Shown: positions 19,152 through 28,931, numbered from the stretch's first letter. The stretch: DNA of 64,000 nt from Vibrio sp. (GCF_038138445.1 NZ_JAYQDQ010000010.1:3236-67235), one strand, 5' to 3'. Made by a program: numbers and translations. Notes: generated from the sequence alone by a model not told the origin.

Positions 19152-19739
19152 TTAGAAGTGGTATTGAACGTTAGCCATAACTGTTACATCGTCTTCGATC
19201 TGAACTGTGGCATAGCCTGAATCAAGGTCTTGTTCTTGATGCACTGTATAAGCTACCTCAGTGCCTAGGCTCCAGTTTTTAGTCAGTCTATAATCTAGAC
19301 CAGTTTGAACACCATAGGTGAAGCCATCAAGGTAATCTGCATCGCTTTCAAAGATCTCGTAACCCATATGTGCGCCCACAGTCCAGTTTAGCTTGTTAGC
19401 TACTGGCAACATATAATCATAGCTGGCTGTTAGGTCAGTGCGGTCAGCAGTATCATCATCCGAGTCATCATCTAATGTTAGAGCGTCGTATGCAATCCCG
19501 AATTTAACTCTATGGTGATCGTTAATAATAGCACCGCCACTTAGGCCGATAATTGCAGAAGGATCTGTGTCTATAGAATCACTTCTACCCGCATTGTTTT
19601 CACCTTTGTACTTACCACTAATATGAGTACCAGCATCAAAACCGACAAAATAGTCATATGTATTTTCTGCACTTGCACCAAACGTTGTTGTTGCTGCCAA
19701 TGCACCTAAAGCGAAAAGTTTTACTGTTTTGTTTTGCAT
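19152..19739 (-). CDS. Small outer-membrane beta-barrel protein (OmpX/OmpW-size, ~8 strands)
   Basis: Signal peptide (KLFALGALAATTTFGASA/EN). Alternating aromatic/hydrophobic strands. C-terminal beta-signal ending ...NVQYHF. One loop is very acidic (DDDSDDDTAD). Confidence 0.75.
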   Translation of the reverse strand: MQNKTVKLFALGALAATTTFGASAENTYDYFVGFDAGTHISGKYKGENNAGRSDSIDTDPSAIIGLSGGAIINDHHRVKFGIAYDALTLDDDSDDDTADRTDLTASYDYMLPVANKLNWTVGAHMGYEIFESDADYLDGFTYGVQTGLDYRLTKNWSLGTEVAYTVHQEQDLDSGYATVQIEDDVTVMANVQYHF

Positions 19740-20242
19740 TATGTATTTCCCTAAGTATCTAAAGCTAACAAGTAGCTAACTCTGTTGTTATCGATTTTTT
19801 GTTTCACGCTATGGTGAAAGTGGCGACTAAGTTAGAGCCTTGAGCCTAAAAACAGAAAGGAATTACGCGGAATCACGCAGAAAAAACATCAAGCATGATT
19901 TTTTACATTTTTTTTATTTTGTCATCTTATCTTATTGTTTAAATTGAATTTATATCTTTAAAGTCAATGTGACATTACTTACTAGTAACGAGCATTTTTA
20001 GAAAAATTCGGCGCACATTCTGGTATGGGATTGCACTTGAGCGGTTTAGAAAAGCGATATAGTCGATTCAGAGAGACGACAGAGGGGTTACAGAAGGAAA
20101 AAGTATTAACGCGGCATGTTCTATTTTGCCATTACAGTGCTTAAATAACATCTATTGAACTGATGGTGCTGTAGTGGAAAATCGATATACGTAGTCTGGA
20201 TATGAAGATATTTGGCAGTAACAATACGTATAGGATAAAACG

Positions 20243-20265
20243 AAAAAAGACGCCTTTTGGCGTCT
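20243..20265 (-). terminator. Rho-independent terminator of tRNA-Asn
   Basis: Stem agacgcc/ggcgtct with loop tttt. The A-run at 20243-20248 is a U-run on the minus strand. Lies 10 nt past the tRNA 3' end. Confidence 0.7.
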
Positions 20266-20275
20266 TTTCTAAATT

Positions 20276-20351
20276 TGGCTCCCCCTGCGGGACTCGAACC
20301 TGCGACATACGGATTAACAGTCCGCCGTTCTACCAACTGAACTAAGGGGGA
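20276..20351 (-). tRNA. tRNA-Asn (anticodon GTT)
   Basis: Reverse complement is TCCCCCTTAGTTCAGTTGGTAGAACGGCGGACTGTTAATCCGTATGTCGCAGGTTCGAGTCCCGCAGGGGGAGCCA. It folds as a cloverleaf, and the D-arm and anticodon arm are identical to E. coli tRNA-Asn. CCA is encoded. One A.C mismatch in the T-stem (GCAGG/CCCGC). Confidence 0.95.
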
Positions 20352-20371
20352 ATTGCTCTAAAGCGCCGTGA

Positions 20372-20400
20372 ATATTAGCGATCAGGTTGATAGGTGTCAA
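20372..20400 (-). promoter_or_regulatory. Sigma70 promoter of tRNA-Asn (stable-RNA type)
   Basis: On the minus strand: TTGACA (20400-20395), 17-bp spacer, TAATAT (20377-20372), then a GC-rich discriminator (cacggcgc). The tRNA starts about 20 nt downstream. Confidence 0.6.
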
Positions 20401-20485
20401 CAAGAAAATAGGATTAACTAAAGATTTTTTTTAAAAAAAGTACTTTACTTTTTACTAGGCCTTTTGGCTCAAAGGCTCAATTCAG

Positions 20486-20520
20486 TTATCCACCAAAATT
20501 GTGGATAACCATGTTGATTA
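20486..20520. promoter_or_regulatory. Cluster of DnaA boxes (DARS1-like position upstream of uvrB)
   Basis: TTATCCACC at 20486-20494 (8/9 match, forward). TGTGGATAA at 20500-20508 (9/9, reverse). TGTTGATTA at 20512-20520 (7/9, reverse). The first two form a 9-bp inverted repeat, gttatccac-N7-gtggataac. Confidence 0.6.
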
Positions 20521-20691
20521 CTATGAAGAAATAAAATCCCACTTTTAAAGTAAGACTTTCTGCCTACCAATAAATCCAATTAAATACGCCCAAATCCTAT
20601 GTTTGTTGAGGCGCTTGGCAAGTTTAAAGGCATTTTTTTAGTTATCTAGGCAAAACTTAGCTGAATGAATGTTTTTTAAACATTGAAAAAA

Positions 20692-20700
20692 TGTGGATAA
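20692..20700 (-). promoter_or_regulatory. Additional consensus DnaA box
   Basis: TGTGGATAA is the reverse complement of TTATCCACA (9/9). Lies 200 bp upstream of the uvrB start. Confidence 0.5.
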
Positions 20701-20840
20701 CATGTGATTGCTTTTAGAGGGCTTCAAAAGCAATGCATTCAGGCCATTATTAGTCATATATAAAATTTCGCTTTATGTAGAGTTTTAGAGTTATGAGCAG
20801 AAGTGCATCCAGCAAGAAAAACTTTTTTAAACTATTGTAT

Positions 20841-20856
20841 CTGTACATATATACAG
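20841..20856 (+). promoter_or_regulatory. LexA (SOS) box in the uvrB promoter
   Basis: CTGTacatatatACAG is a perfect CTGT-N8-ACAG palindrome, 44 nt upstream of the uvrB ATG. uvrB is a classical SOS gene. Confidence 0.8.
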
Positions 20857-20899
20857 ACAAAATAGAATGAGCATATCTTTAAACTGGATCGAGGGATAT

Positions 20900-22930
20900 A
20901 TGAGTAAAGTTTTTGAGTTGATCTCGGATTACCAACCGTCAGGCGATCAGCCTGCTGCGATAGCGCAGCTTTTTGATGGTTTAGATTCGGGCCTTGCACA
21001 CCAAACCCTTTTGGGTGTGACGGGATCAGGGAAAACTTTTACCTTGGCCAATGTGATTGCTAAAGCTCAACGTCCAGCAATTTTACTTGCCCCGAATAAA
21101 ACGTTAGCAGCGCAGTTATATGGTGAGATGAAAGCATTTTTTCCAAATAATGCCGTTGAGTATTTCGTCTCTTACTATGATTACTATCAGCCAGAAGCTT
21201 ATGTGCCCACAACGGACACGTTTATTGAGAAAGATGCGTCCGTTAATGCCCATATTGAGCAAATGCGTTTATCAGCCACAAAGGCGTTACTTGAACGAAA
21301 AGATGCGATTATCGTTGCTTCTGTCTCAGCAATCTACGGTCTCGGAGACCCTCAATCTTATTTGCAGATGATGCTGCATGTGCGTCGTGGTGACATCATG
21401 GATCAACGTGATATCTTGCGCCGCCTGGCGGAGCTGCAATACAGCCGTAACGACGTAGCATTTGAGCGTGGACAGTTTCGGGTGCGTGGTGAAGTTATTG
21501 ATGTGTTTCCAGCAGAGTCTGATCAAGATGCAGTTCGTATTGAGATGTTTGATGATGAAATTGATTGTATTAGCGTTTTTGATCCTTTGACAGGTGCAGT
21601 AAAACAACGCGATCTTCCACGCTTTACGATTTATCCCAAAACTCACTATGTGACACCTAGGGATAAAATCCTAGAGGCTATCGAAAATATAAAAGTTGAG
21701 CTGGAACATAGAAAAAAATACTTACTCGACAATAATAAGTTGCTTGAAGAGCAGCGTATCTCCCAGCGGACCCAATTTGATGTTGAGATGATGATGGAGT
21801 TGGGTTTTTGCTCTGGAATCGAAAATTATTCCCGATATCTTAGTGGTCGTAATGAGGGAGAGCCGCCACCAACTTTATTTGATTATTTGCCACACGATGG
21901 GCTACTGGTTATTGATGAATCTCATGTGACGGTTCCGCAGATAGGAGCCATGTTCAAAGGGGATAGGTCGCGTAAAGAAACTTTGGTAGAATTTGGCTTC
22001 CGGTTGCCTTCTGCTTTGGATAATCGTCCTCTAAAGTTTGAAGAGTTTGAGTCTTTGGCTCCGCAGACCATATTTGTTTCAGCAACCCCAGGTAACTATG
22101 AGTTAGAAAAATCGGATGGTGAAATCGCTGATCAAGTCGTTCGACCCACTGGGTTGTTAGATCCTGAACTAGAAGTAAGGCCAGTGGCTACCCAAGTTGA
22201 TGACTTACTGTCTGAGATCCGGGTCCGAGCTGCGAAAGATGAAAGAGTCTTAGTGACCACATTAACTAAACGCATGGCTGAAGACTTAACAGAGTACTTG
22301 ACCGAGCACGATGTAAAGGTTCGCTATCTACATTCGGATATAGATACGGTTGAAAGAGTAGAGATCATTAGAGATTTGCGTTTAGGTGAGTTTGATGTCT
22401 TGGTGGGCATTAACTTACTTAGAGAAGGCTTAGATATGCCAGAAGTGTCTTTAGTGGCGATTTTAGATGCAGATAAAGAGGGTTTTTTACGATCTGAGCG
22501 TTCCCTCATTCAGACTATAGGAAGAGCAGCGCGTAATATTCGCGGTAAAGCGATTCTCTATGCTGACAGTGTCACCAAGTCTATGCGTAAAGCAATTGAC
22601 GAAACGAATCGCCGTAGAGAAAAACAGCAAGCTTATAATGATCAAATGGGTATCGAACCTCAGGCACTTAAGCGCAATGTTAAAGATATTATGGAGCTTG
22701 GTGATATTACCAAGAGTAAAAAACAGCGTGCAGCTAAACCTGTTCCATTATCTAAGGTGGCAGAACCGTCACAGTCATATAAGGCTATGACTCCACAGGA
22801 AATCGAAAAAGAGATTGCAAAACTAGAAGCACAGATGTATCAACATGCTCAGGATTTGGAATTTGAATTTGCAGCGCAAAAACGTGATGAAATAGAAACA
22901 CTCCGCAAGCAGTTCATTACCAACAGTTAA
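20900..22930 (+). CDS. uvrB: Excinuclease ABC subunit B
   Basis: Start trimmed to [21 protein letters not shown] (compare E. coli [21 protein letters not shown]), with a gaggga RBS. Walker A (GVTGSGKT), DESH box, and a C-terminal UVR domain. Confidence 0.97.
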   Translation: MSKVFELISDYQPSGDQPAAIAQLFDGLDSGLAHQTLLGVTGSGKTFTLANVIAKAQRPAILLAPNKTLAAQLYGEMKAFFPNNAVEYFVSYYDYYQPEAYVPTTDTFIEKDASVNAHIEQMRLSATKALLERKDAIIVASVSAIYGLGDPQSYLQMMLHVRRGDIMDQRDILRRLAELQYSRNDVAFERGQFRVRGEVIDVFPAESDQDAVRIEMFDDEIDCISVFDPLTGAVKQRDLPRFTIYPKTHYVTPRDKILEAIENIKVELEHRKKYLLDNNKLLEEQRISQRTQFDVEMMMELGFCSGIENYSRYLSGRNEGEPPPTLFDYLPHDGLLVIDESHVTVPQIGAMFKGDRSRKETLVEFGFRLPSALDNRPLKFEEFESLAPQTIFVSATPGNYELEKSDGEIADQVVRPTGLLDPELEVRPVATQVDDLLSEIRVRAAKDERVLVTTLTKRMAEDLTEYLTEHDVKVRYLHSDIDTVERVEIIRDLRLGEFDVLVGINLLREGLDMPEVSLVAILDADKEGFLRSERSLIQTIGRAARNIRGKAILYADSVTKSMRKAIDETNRRREKQQAYNDQMGIEPQALKRNVKDIMELGDITKSKKQRAAKPVPLSKVAEPSQSYKAMTPQEIEKEIAKLEAQMYQHAQDLEFEFAAQKRDEIETLRKQFITNS

Positions 22931-23011
22931 TATAACAGAGCGTGATCAGCTGTTTTACCGTTTGAGCTTTGTTGAGTTTATAAAGGATTTTGAGCTTGTT
23001 TTTTTGCAGGC

Positions 23012-23102
23012 AAAAAAAAGCCAGTAGTAATCGTCTATTGGCTATTTTTGTGAATACTTTGTTCACTAACAACGTCAGTTGGCTAGGTGACCCATAGGGT
23101 CA
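23012..23102 (-). ncRNA. qrr1: Quorum-regulatory small RNA Qrr1
   Basis: Minus strand reads TGACCCTATGGGTCACCTAGCCAACTGACGTTGTTAGTGAA... It contains the invariant 32-nt Qrr core GGGTCACCTAGCCAACTGACGTTGTTAGTGAA (23062-23093). It ends in the terminator hairpin gccaatag..ctactggc plus T8. Divergent from luxO, as in V. cholerae and V. harveyi. Confidence 0.9.
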
Positions 23103-23112
23103 TAAGTACTAC

Positions 23113-23128
23113 AGCATTAACCATGCCA
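23113..23128 (-). promoter_or_regulatory. Sigma54 (-24/-12) promoter of qrr1
   Basis: Minus strand reads TGGCATggttaaTGCT, with correct GG-N10-GC spacing. The -12 element lies about 12 nt upstream of the predicted Qrr1 5' end at 23102. Confidence 0.75.
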
Positions 23129-23179
23129 ACTTATAAGTCCCGATATTATTGGGTTTTACATATTTTTTACGCATTAAAT

Positions 23180-23192
23180 TTGCATAATGCAA
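23180..23192. promoter_or_regulatory. LuxO binding site (UAS for qrr1; overlaps the probable luxO promoter)
   Basis: TTGCATAATGCAA is an exact match to the published LuxO consensus TTGCA-W3-TGCAA. Centred about 84 bp upstream of the qrr1 start and about 57 bp upstream of the luxO ATG. Confidence 0.7.
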
Positions 23193-23242
23193 AGCGCAAT
23201 GCAATTATTTATACAATTTGCAAAGAAGAGTCTGGCTGAGTT

Positions 23243-24640
23243 ATGCATCAAAATACTGATACGCAAAAGTCCAAATATTTGTTGATGGTAGAAGATACTG
23301 CTTCAGTAGCAGCACTATATCGTTCTTACCTCTCGCCTCTTGGTATCGATATTAACATTGTCGGTACGGGTCGAGACGCGATTGAAAGCATCAGCTTTCG
23401 TACTCCTGATCTCATCTTACTCGATTTGAGACTCCCGGACATGACGGGGATGAATGTTTTACATGCGGTTAAGCAGAAGAATGCCGATATTCCGGTTATT
23501 TTCATGACTGCTCATGGCTCAATAGATACTGCAGTGGAAGCCATGCGCCATGGTGCTCAGGACTTTTTGATCAAGCCTTGTGAGGCTGACAGGCTTCGCG
23601 TAACCGTTAATAATGCTATTCGCAAAGCGAGTAAGCTAAGGAATGCGGCCAATAATCCTGGAAACCAAAATTACCAGGGCTTTATTGGTAGTAGCCAGAC
23701 AATGCAGGCGGTGTATCGAACTATAGATTCTGCAGCCTCAAGTAAAGCCAGTATTTTTATTACGGGTGAGAGTGGAACAGGTAAAGAGGTCTGCGCTGAA
23801 GCGATTCATGCTGCGAGTAAGCGTGGGGACAAGCCCTTTATTGCAATTAACTGTGCTGCAATTCCTAAAGATCTAATCGAAAGTGAGTTGTTTGGACATG
23901 TCAAAGGTGCTTTCACTGGAGCAGCAACCGATAGGCAAGGCGCAGCAGAGCTTGCTGACGGTGGAACATTATTTCTCGATGAGCTTTGTGAGATGGATCT
24001 GGATCTACAAACTAAACTCCTGCGCTTTATTCAGACAGGTACGTTTCAGAAAGTAGGCTCCTCAAAAATGAAGAGTGTGGATGTGCGTTTTGTTTGTGCA
24101 ACTAACCGGGATCCATGGAAAGAGGTTCAAGAAGGGCGGTTTAGAGAGGATTTGTATTATCGACTATACGTAATCCCACTGCATTTACCTCCATTGAGGG
24201 ATCGTGGTGACGACGTGATAGAAATCGCGTACTCCTTGCTCGGCTTTATGTCTAAAGAGGAAGGTAAAGATTTTGTGAGGTTAACACCTGAAGTTGTTAA
24301 TCGCTTTGCGCAATACGAATGGCCTGGTAATGTACGTCAATTGCAAAACGTGTTACGGAATGTTGTTGTGCTTAATAATGGTGAACATATTTCGTTAGAT
24401 ATGTTACCTCCTCCATTGAATGTACCGACAGATAACCACATTAGGGTTGATTGGGAAGACAAAGGCGGTTTTACGGTCAATGATATATTCCCGCTTTGGA
24501 TGACAGAGAAAAAGGCCATAGAACAAGCTATCGATGCATGTGATGGAAACATTCCGAAAGCGGCAGGCTATTTGGATGTCAGTCCATCGACGATTTATCG
24601 TAAGCTTCAAAACTGGAATGCAGCAAAGGAAACTCAGTAA
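23243..24640 (+). CDS. luxO: Quorum-sensing sigma54-dependent response regulator LuxO
   Basis: 465 aa. Receiver domain ([17 protein letters not shown]...[14 protein letters not shown]). AAA+ domain ([14 protein letters not shown]). C-terminal HTH. Near-identical over long stretches to the V. cholerae and V. harveyi LuxO sequences as I remember them. Confidence 0.97.
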   Translation: MHQNTDTQKSKYLLMVEDTASVAALYRSYLSPLGIDINIVGTGRDAIESISFRTPDLILLDLRLPDMTGMNVLHAVKQKNADIPVIFMTAHGSIDTAVEAMRHGAQDFLIKPCEADRLRVTVNNAIRKASKLRNAANNPGNQNYQGFIGSSQTMQAVYRTIDSAASSKASIFITGESGTGKEVCAEAIHAASKRGDKPFIAINCAAIPKDLIESELFGHVKGAFTGAATDRQGAAELADGGTLFLDELCEMDLDLQTKLLRFIQTGTFQKVGSSKMKSVDVRFVCATNRDPWKEVQEGRFREDLYYRLYVIPLHLPPLRDRGDDVIEIAYSLLGFMSKEEGKDFVRLTPEVVNRFAQYEWPGNVRQLQNVLRNVVVLNNGEHISLDMLPPPLNVPTDNHIRVDWEDKGGFTVNDIFPLWMTEKKAIEQAIDACDGNIPKAAGYLDVSPSTIYRKLQNWNAAKETQ

Positions 24641-24644
24641 GCAA

Positions 24645-24983
24645 ATGGAACTACTTAATAAACATAAGCTCGATCAACTGTCGAGCGAAATTGGTGCCAG
24701 CAATGTCCCCATATTACTTGATATATTCATCAATGAAATGAATCAGTACCTCGAAGCTTTACAAGATGAAGGGCGAGATCAAGAAGCCTATCTGAAAGAG
24801 ATTTGCCACGCATTAAAAAGCAGTGCTGCAAGCTTTGGGGCTGAATCCTTGTGTGCGTTTGCCATAGAAATTGATGCTAAAGCTAAACTAGGTGAACTGA
24901 TCGATGTGGTCGAAACGCAGAAAGCAATGATAACGCTGCTGACTCAAACGCAGCAGCGTTATCAAGCATTAGTCGCTAAGTAG
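24645..24983 (+). CDS. luxU: Phosphorelay HPt protein LuxU
   Basis: Start trimmed to MELLNKHKLDQLSSEIG (112 aa). HPt His motif present (EICHALKSSAASFGA). Immediately follows luxO. Confidence 0.9.
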   Translation: MELLNKHKLDQLSSEIGASNVPILLDIFINEMNQYLEALQDEGRDQEAYLKEICHALKSSAASFGAESLCAFAIEIDAKAKLGELIDVVETQKAMITLLTQTQQRYQALVAK

Positions 24984-25856
24984 CGATTCAATCACGGATT
25001 GCAGCTTATCTCTATCGTGTCGCCACTCTCGGTTTGGTGACGCGAGAGGTGTAGTTAGACATCGCCATCCTTTGAGCTCAAGGTGTTCCTCTTCCCCGAC
25101 TACGATATCGATTTTTCGTCCTCGACAAGATCTCTCACACCATTCGAGTTTCTCTTTTAAGCTTGTTTTCCCTGCAGGACCATTTTCAGGTGATAGGTTC
25201 TCAATAAACACAAGCTTTGCGTTTGAATTATTTTCTATTGCTCGACCTATTTCAGGTAAAAGCAAAGGTGGCATGATACTGGTCAAAAAGCTTCCAGGTC
25301 CGAGAATAATTACATCGGCTTGTTCGATAGCGAACACACCTTCGCTGGTTGCGGGAACTTCTGGAGAGAGTTCTAAACGAACTAGCTTGTCGGGCATTTC
25401 ATCGACACTCGTTTCTCCGGTAACCCAATGACCATTTTCTGCGAGGGCTTTGAGATCACAAGGATGTTCTGTCATGGGAATAATATTTATATCGACCTTG
25501 AGCATATTTCGGATCAGATTAATCGCATCTAAAGGACGGACAGAAAGGTTATCCAAAGCGGTTAACATTAAGTTGCCTAGATTGTGCCCGTCTAGTTCAC
25601 CAGAGCCTTTGAAGCGATACTCAAACATCATAGAGCTAATCGAAGGAGAAGTAATAAGCTGGTTGATGCAATTGCGTGTATCTCCCCAAGCTATCCCGCC
25701 TTGACAGTGGCGAATTCGGCCCGTTGAACCTCCATTATCTGTAGTGGCGACGATACCAGTCGCATTTTCTCCAAAGTCTTTAAGAGCAGAGAGCATACGC
25801 CCCAAGCCGTGACCGCCTCCAATTGCGACCACGTGTTTTTGTTTATACAAATTCAT
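24969..25856 (-). CDS. yvcK: YvcK/YbhK (CofD-like) family protein
   Basis: 295 aa. N-terminal VVAIGGGHGLGRML and TDNGGSTGR motifs of the YvcK/CofD family. Its 3' end overlaps the luxU 3' end by 15 nt (convergent). Confidence 0.85.
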   Translation of the reverse strand: MNLYKQKHVVAIGGGHGLGRMLSALKDFGENATGIVATTDNGGSTGRIRHCQGGIAWGDTRNCINQLITSPSISSMMFEYRFKGSGELDGHNLGNLMLTALDNLSVRPLDAINLIRNMLKVDINIIPMTEHPCDLKALAENGHWVTGETSVDEMPDKLVRLELSPEVPATSEGVFAIEQADVIILGPGSFLTSIMPPLLLPEIGRAIENNSNAKLVFIENLSPENGPAGKTSLKEKLEWCERSCRGRKIDIVVGEEEHLELKGWRCLTTPLASPNREWRHDRDKLQSVIESLLSD

Positions 25857-26041
25857 TCAATATGTTCTTATTTTTTCATATTCATCTACAATTTAGAGTA
25901 ATTGATTCGTCCCAAGTACTCAATGCCATGGTTTTTACTGCTGGGTTGCGTTTTTCGCTTTTTCGGGGTGGTAACGCCAACAGATATTGAGTATTTTACT
26001 GTCAGCTGCTGTTTTTGTCGCTAAGACTAAACAGTTGCCAT

Positions 26042-26150
26042 AACTCCGAGCTTATCGGGCTAAGTTCTTCAAGAATATGCGCGCTAAGCCGTGACATGGT
26101 GTCACCAGGGCATAACTAGAAATGGCTATGCCTCCCGTATTTGGAAAGGT
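26042..26150 (+). promoter_or_regulatory. Molybdenum-cofactor (Moco) riboswitch in the moaA leader
   Basis: aaCUCCGAGC...GUGACaugguGUCAC..GGGCAUA-N12-UAUGCCUCCC..GGAAAGG. These conserved blocks and hairpins are as I recall for the Moco RNA motif of E. coli moaA. The last block is the moaA RBS. Confidence 0.6.
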
Positions 26151-26155
26151 GTTCA

Positions 26156-27142
26156 ATGGCGCAACAATTTGAAGATAAGTTTCAGCGCAAATTTTACTAT
26201 TTGCGCCTATCGGTCACTGATGTTTGTAATTTCAAGTGTCAGTATTGCCTTCCTGATGGTTACAAACCGTCAGGGAGAAGTAATTCTTTCTTAACGCTTC
26301 CCGAGATCCAGCGTGTAGCTCGTGCTTTTGCTGACTGCGGCACCTCCAAAGTGAGGATCACTGGAGGAGAGCCCAGTTTACGTAAAGACTTTGCTGAAAT
26401 AATTCACACTGTGGCACAAACTCACGGAATAACCAAAGTTGCGATGACGACTAATGGTTACCGAATGAAAAAGCAGATCCATAGTTGGAAAGATGCTGGG
26501 CTAACCCATATTAATGTTAGCGTGGATAGCTTAGACCCTCGAATGTTCCACCAGATCACTGGTGAGAATAAGTATTTTGAAGTGATGTCAGGGATAGATC
26601 GAGCGTTCGAAGTTGGTTTTGAGCAAGTGAAAGTGAATGTGGTTTTACTTAAAGAGTGGAACTCTCGATCGTTGCCGGATTTCTTGTGTTGGATCAAAGA
26701 CAGACCAATTCAGTTACGTTTTATTGAACTGATGCAAACTGGTGAAATGGATCAGTTATTTCAAAGTCAGCACGTGTCAGGTGTGTCGATTCGCAATCAG
26801 CTCATGGCTGATGGTTGGTTGCTAAAACAAAGGCAATCCAACGATGGTCCAGCTCAGGTCTACTATCACCCTGATTATGTGGGGGAAGTCGGTTTGATTA
26901 TGCCGTATGAACGAGACTTCTGCGTGAGTTGCAATCGTTTGAGAGTATCAGCAAAAGGGAAACTTCATTTATGCTTGTTTGGAGAGCAAGGTATTGAATT
27001 GCGCGATTTATTGCAGCAAGACTCTCAAGAGCAAGCGTTAATTGAGCGTATTCAAGGTCAATTACAAACCAAAGCGGTGAGTCACTTTCTTCACGAAGGT
27101 AATCCCGGTATGACGCCTCATCTCGCGTCTATCGGTGGCTAA
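26156..27142 (+). CDS. moaA: GTP 3',8-cyclase MoaA (radical SAM)
   Basis: Start trimmed to [33 protein letters not shown] (CxxxCxxC motif). C-terminal GG tail (...ASIGG). Confidence 0.95.
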   Translation: MAQQFEDKFQRKFYYLRLSVTDVCNFKCQYCLPDGYKPSGRSNSFLTLPEIQRVARAFADCGTSKVRITGGEPSLRKDFAEIIHTVAQTHGITKVAMTTNGYRMKKQIHSWKDAGLTHINVSVDSLDPRMFHQITGENKYFEVMSGIDRAFEVGFEQVKVNVVLLKEWNSRSLPDFLCWIKDRPIQLRFIELMQTGEMDQLFQSQHVSGVSIRNQLMADGWLLKQRQSNDGPAQVYYHPDYVGEVGLIMPYERDFCVSCNRLRVSAKGKLHLCLFGEQGIELRDLLQQDSQEQALIERIQGQLQTKAVSHFLHEGNPGMTPHLASIGG

Positions 27143-27224
27143 AAGTAAGACTTTACCAGTTTTAATTTCATTAAATGCCAAGTTTAGGCAGTACGACAAA
27201 AATTTAACTAAAGTAGGTGAACAA

Positions 27225-27737
27225 ATGGGGCATGCAGAAAATAGTTTTCAACCCGCCAATATTGTTGTTTTGACAGTATCGGATACACGTACAGAAGATA
27301 ATGACACATCGGGATTTTACCTTGTCGAAAGTGCTACTCAAGCAGGACACAATATCATAGATAAACAGATCGTTATTGACGATAAGTACAAAATTCGAGC
27401 CATTGTTTCACAGTGGATTGCAGACCCTAAAGTACAAGTTGTGATGGTTACTGGGGGAACAGGTTTTACGTCGCGAGACAGTACTCCTGAAGCATTGATC
27501 CCACTGTTCGATAAACAGGTTGAAGGTTTCGGTGAGTTATTTCGCCATGTGTCTTATGAGGAAATTGGCACCTCAACGATTCAGTCACGCGCTGTAGGTG
27601 GGTTTGCTAACAATACGGTTATTTTTGCAATGCCAGGCTCAACGGGAGCTTGCCGCACTGGGTGGACCAAGATCATTGAGCCTCAGTTAGATGCCACACA
27701 CCGTCCATGTAATTTTATGCCACACATTGGCGGGTGA
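27225..27737 (+). CDS. moaB: Molybdenum cofactor biosynthesis protein MoaB
   Basis: Start trimmed to [22 protein letters not shown], with an aggtga RBS. MoaB/MogA fold motifs present ([11 protein letters not shown]). Confidence 0.9.
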   Translation: MGHAENSFQPANIVVLTVSDTRTEDNDTSGFYLVESATQAGHNIIDKQIVIDDKYKIRAIVSQWIADPKVQVVMVTGGTGFTSRDSTPEALIPLFDKQVEGFGELFRHVSYEEIGTSTIQSRAVGGFANNTVIFAMPGSTGACRTGWTKIIEPQLDATHRPCNFMPHIGG

Positions 27738-27745
27738 GGAGCCTT

Positions 27746-28225
27746 ATGAGTCAGTTAACTCACATTAATGCTTCAGGTGAAGCCAATATGGTGGATGTAT
27801 CAGAGAAGGTATCAACGGTGAGAGAGGCTCGTGCAGAGGCTCTAGTGCAAATGTTACCAGAAACGATTGAACTGATAACCTCTGGACAGCACCATAAGGG
27901 AGATGTTCTGGCAACCGCTCGTATTGCAGGAATTCAAGCGGCTAAGCGAACTTGGGACTTGATCCCTTTGTGTCATCCACTGTTATTATCTAAAGTGGAG
28001 GTGCAAATTGAAGCTATTCCATCAGAGAGTAAAGTGCGCATTGAGTCAGTATGTAAATTAGCGGGCAAAACAGGTGTTGAAATGGAAGCTTTAACGGCGG
28101 CTTCGGTTGCCGCGTTGACCATCTATGACATGTGTAAAGCGGTACAGAAAGACATTGTCATTGAACAGGTTCGTTTACTGGAAAAAATAGGCGGAAAGTC
28201 TGGGCATTATAAGGCTAGTGTATGA
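27746..28225 (+). CDS. moaC: Cyclic pyranopterin monophosphate synthase MoaC
   Basis: Starts [21 protein letters not shown], matching the E. coli MoaC N-terminus, with a gaggag RBS. Confidence 0.95.
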   Translation: MSQLTHINASGEANMVDVSEKVSTVREARAEALVQMLPETIELITSGQHHKGDVLATARIAGIQAAKRTWDLIPLCHPLLLSKVEVQIEAIPSESKVRIESVCKLAGKTGVEMEALTAASVAALTIYDMCKAVQKDIVIEQVRLLEKIGGKSGHYKASV

Positions 28226-28467
28226 TTAAGGTTTTGTTTTTTGCCCAAACTAGAGAACTAGTGGGTGTAGAAAAGTTAGACATTGAACCCTGTTTTGACA
28301 CAGTAGAAGCTTTGCGCTCGAGCCTTGCTAGCCGAAAAGGGAAATGGGACTTGGCTTTAGACTCTAGCAAACTTCTTGCGGCTGTGAATCAATCTATTGT
28401 GTCTTTGGATCACCCCCTCGTTGATGGTGATGAGGTGGCTTTTTTCCCACCAGTGACAGGGGGATAA
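28222..28467 (+). CDS. moaD: Molybdopterin synthase sulfur-carrier subunit MoaD
   Basis: 81 aa, ubiquitin-like, with a C-terminal ...FFPPVTGG. Confidence 0.9.
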   Translation: MIKVLFFAQTRELVGVEKLDIEPCFDTVEALRSSLASRKGKWDLALDSSKLLAAVNQSIVSLDHPLVDGDEVAFFPPVTGG

Positions 28468-28472
28468 ATCCG

Positions 28473-28931
28473 GTGAACAGCATCTCTGTGCAAATTGAAG
28501 ATTTCTCTGTAGGTTCTGAGTATCAAAAGTTAGCCGACAACAGCACAGCCGGTGCTGTTGTTACATTTGTGGGTAAGGTTAGAGATATGAACCTTGGTGA
28601 CAGTGTGACAGGCTTGTCTTTGGAGCATTACCCAGGGATGACGGAAAAAGCTTTGGTGGAGATTTGCGACCAAGCAATTCAAAGGTGGTCGCTATCTGGT
28701 GTCCGAGTGATTCACCGTGTGGGCGATCTCGAGGTTGGTGACCAAATAGTGTTTGTTGGAGTAGCAAGCGCTCACCGAAGTGCAGCATTTGAAGCTTGTG
28801 AATTTATAATGGACTATCTTAAAACCAAGGCTCCTTTCTGGAAAAAGGAACGTATAGATGGAGCAACTCGGTGGATTGAATCGCGTAATTCCGACCAACT
28901 CGCTGCGCAGCGTTGGAAGGCAAACCCTTAG
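28473..28931 (+). CDS. moaE: Molybdopterin synthase catalytic subunit MoaE
   Basis: GTG start. GAVVTFVGKVRDMNLGD...LEHYPGMTEKAL...SAHRSAAFEACEFIMDYLKTKAPFWKKE closely parallels E. coli MoaE. Confidence 0.9.
   Translation: MNSISVQIEDFSVGSEYQKLADNSTAGAVVTFVGKVRDMNLGDSVTGLSLEHYPGMTEKALVEICDQAIQRWSLSGVRVIHRVGDLEVGDQIVFVGVASAHRSAAFEACEFIMDYLKTKAPFWKKERIDGATRWIESRNSDQLAAQRWKANP

Noticed and set aside
20121-20336. 71-aa ORF on the minus strand.
   Set aside because: It overlaps the tRNA-Asn gene and its terminator. The reading frame is an artefact of the tRNA sequence.
423-20351. Hypothesis that the whole laf/accessory block is a genomic island integrated at the 3' end of tRNA-Asn.
   Set aside because: There is no integrase, and I saw no repeat of the tRNA 3' end at the far boundary (423-562) or elsewhere. 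Composition of the laf genes looks similar to the core genes. Kept only as a note under the tRNA finding.
24969-24983. 15-nt convergent 3' overlap of luxU and yvcK.
   Set aside because: The overlap is real, but a short tail-to-tail overlap is common in compact genomes. There is no evidence of antisense regulation.
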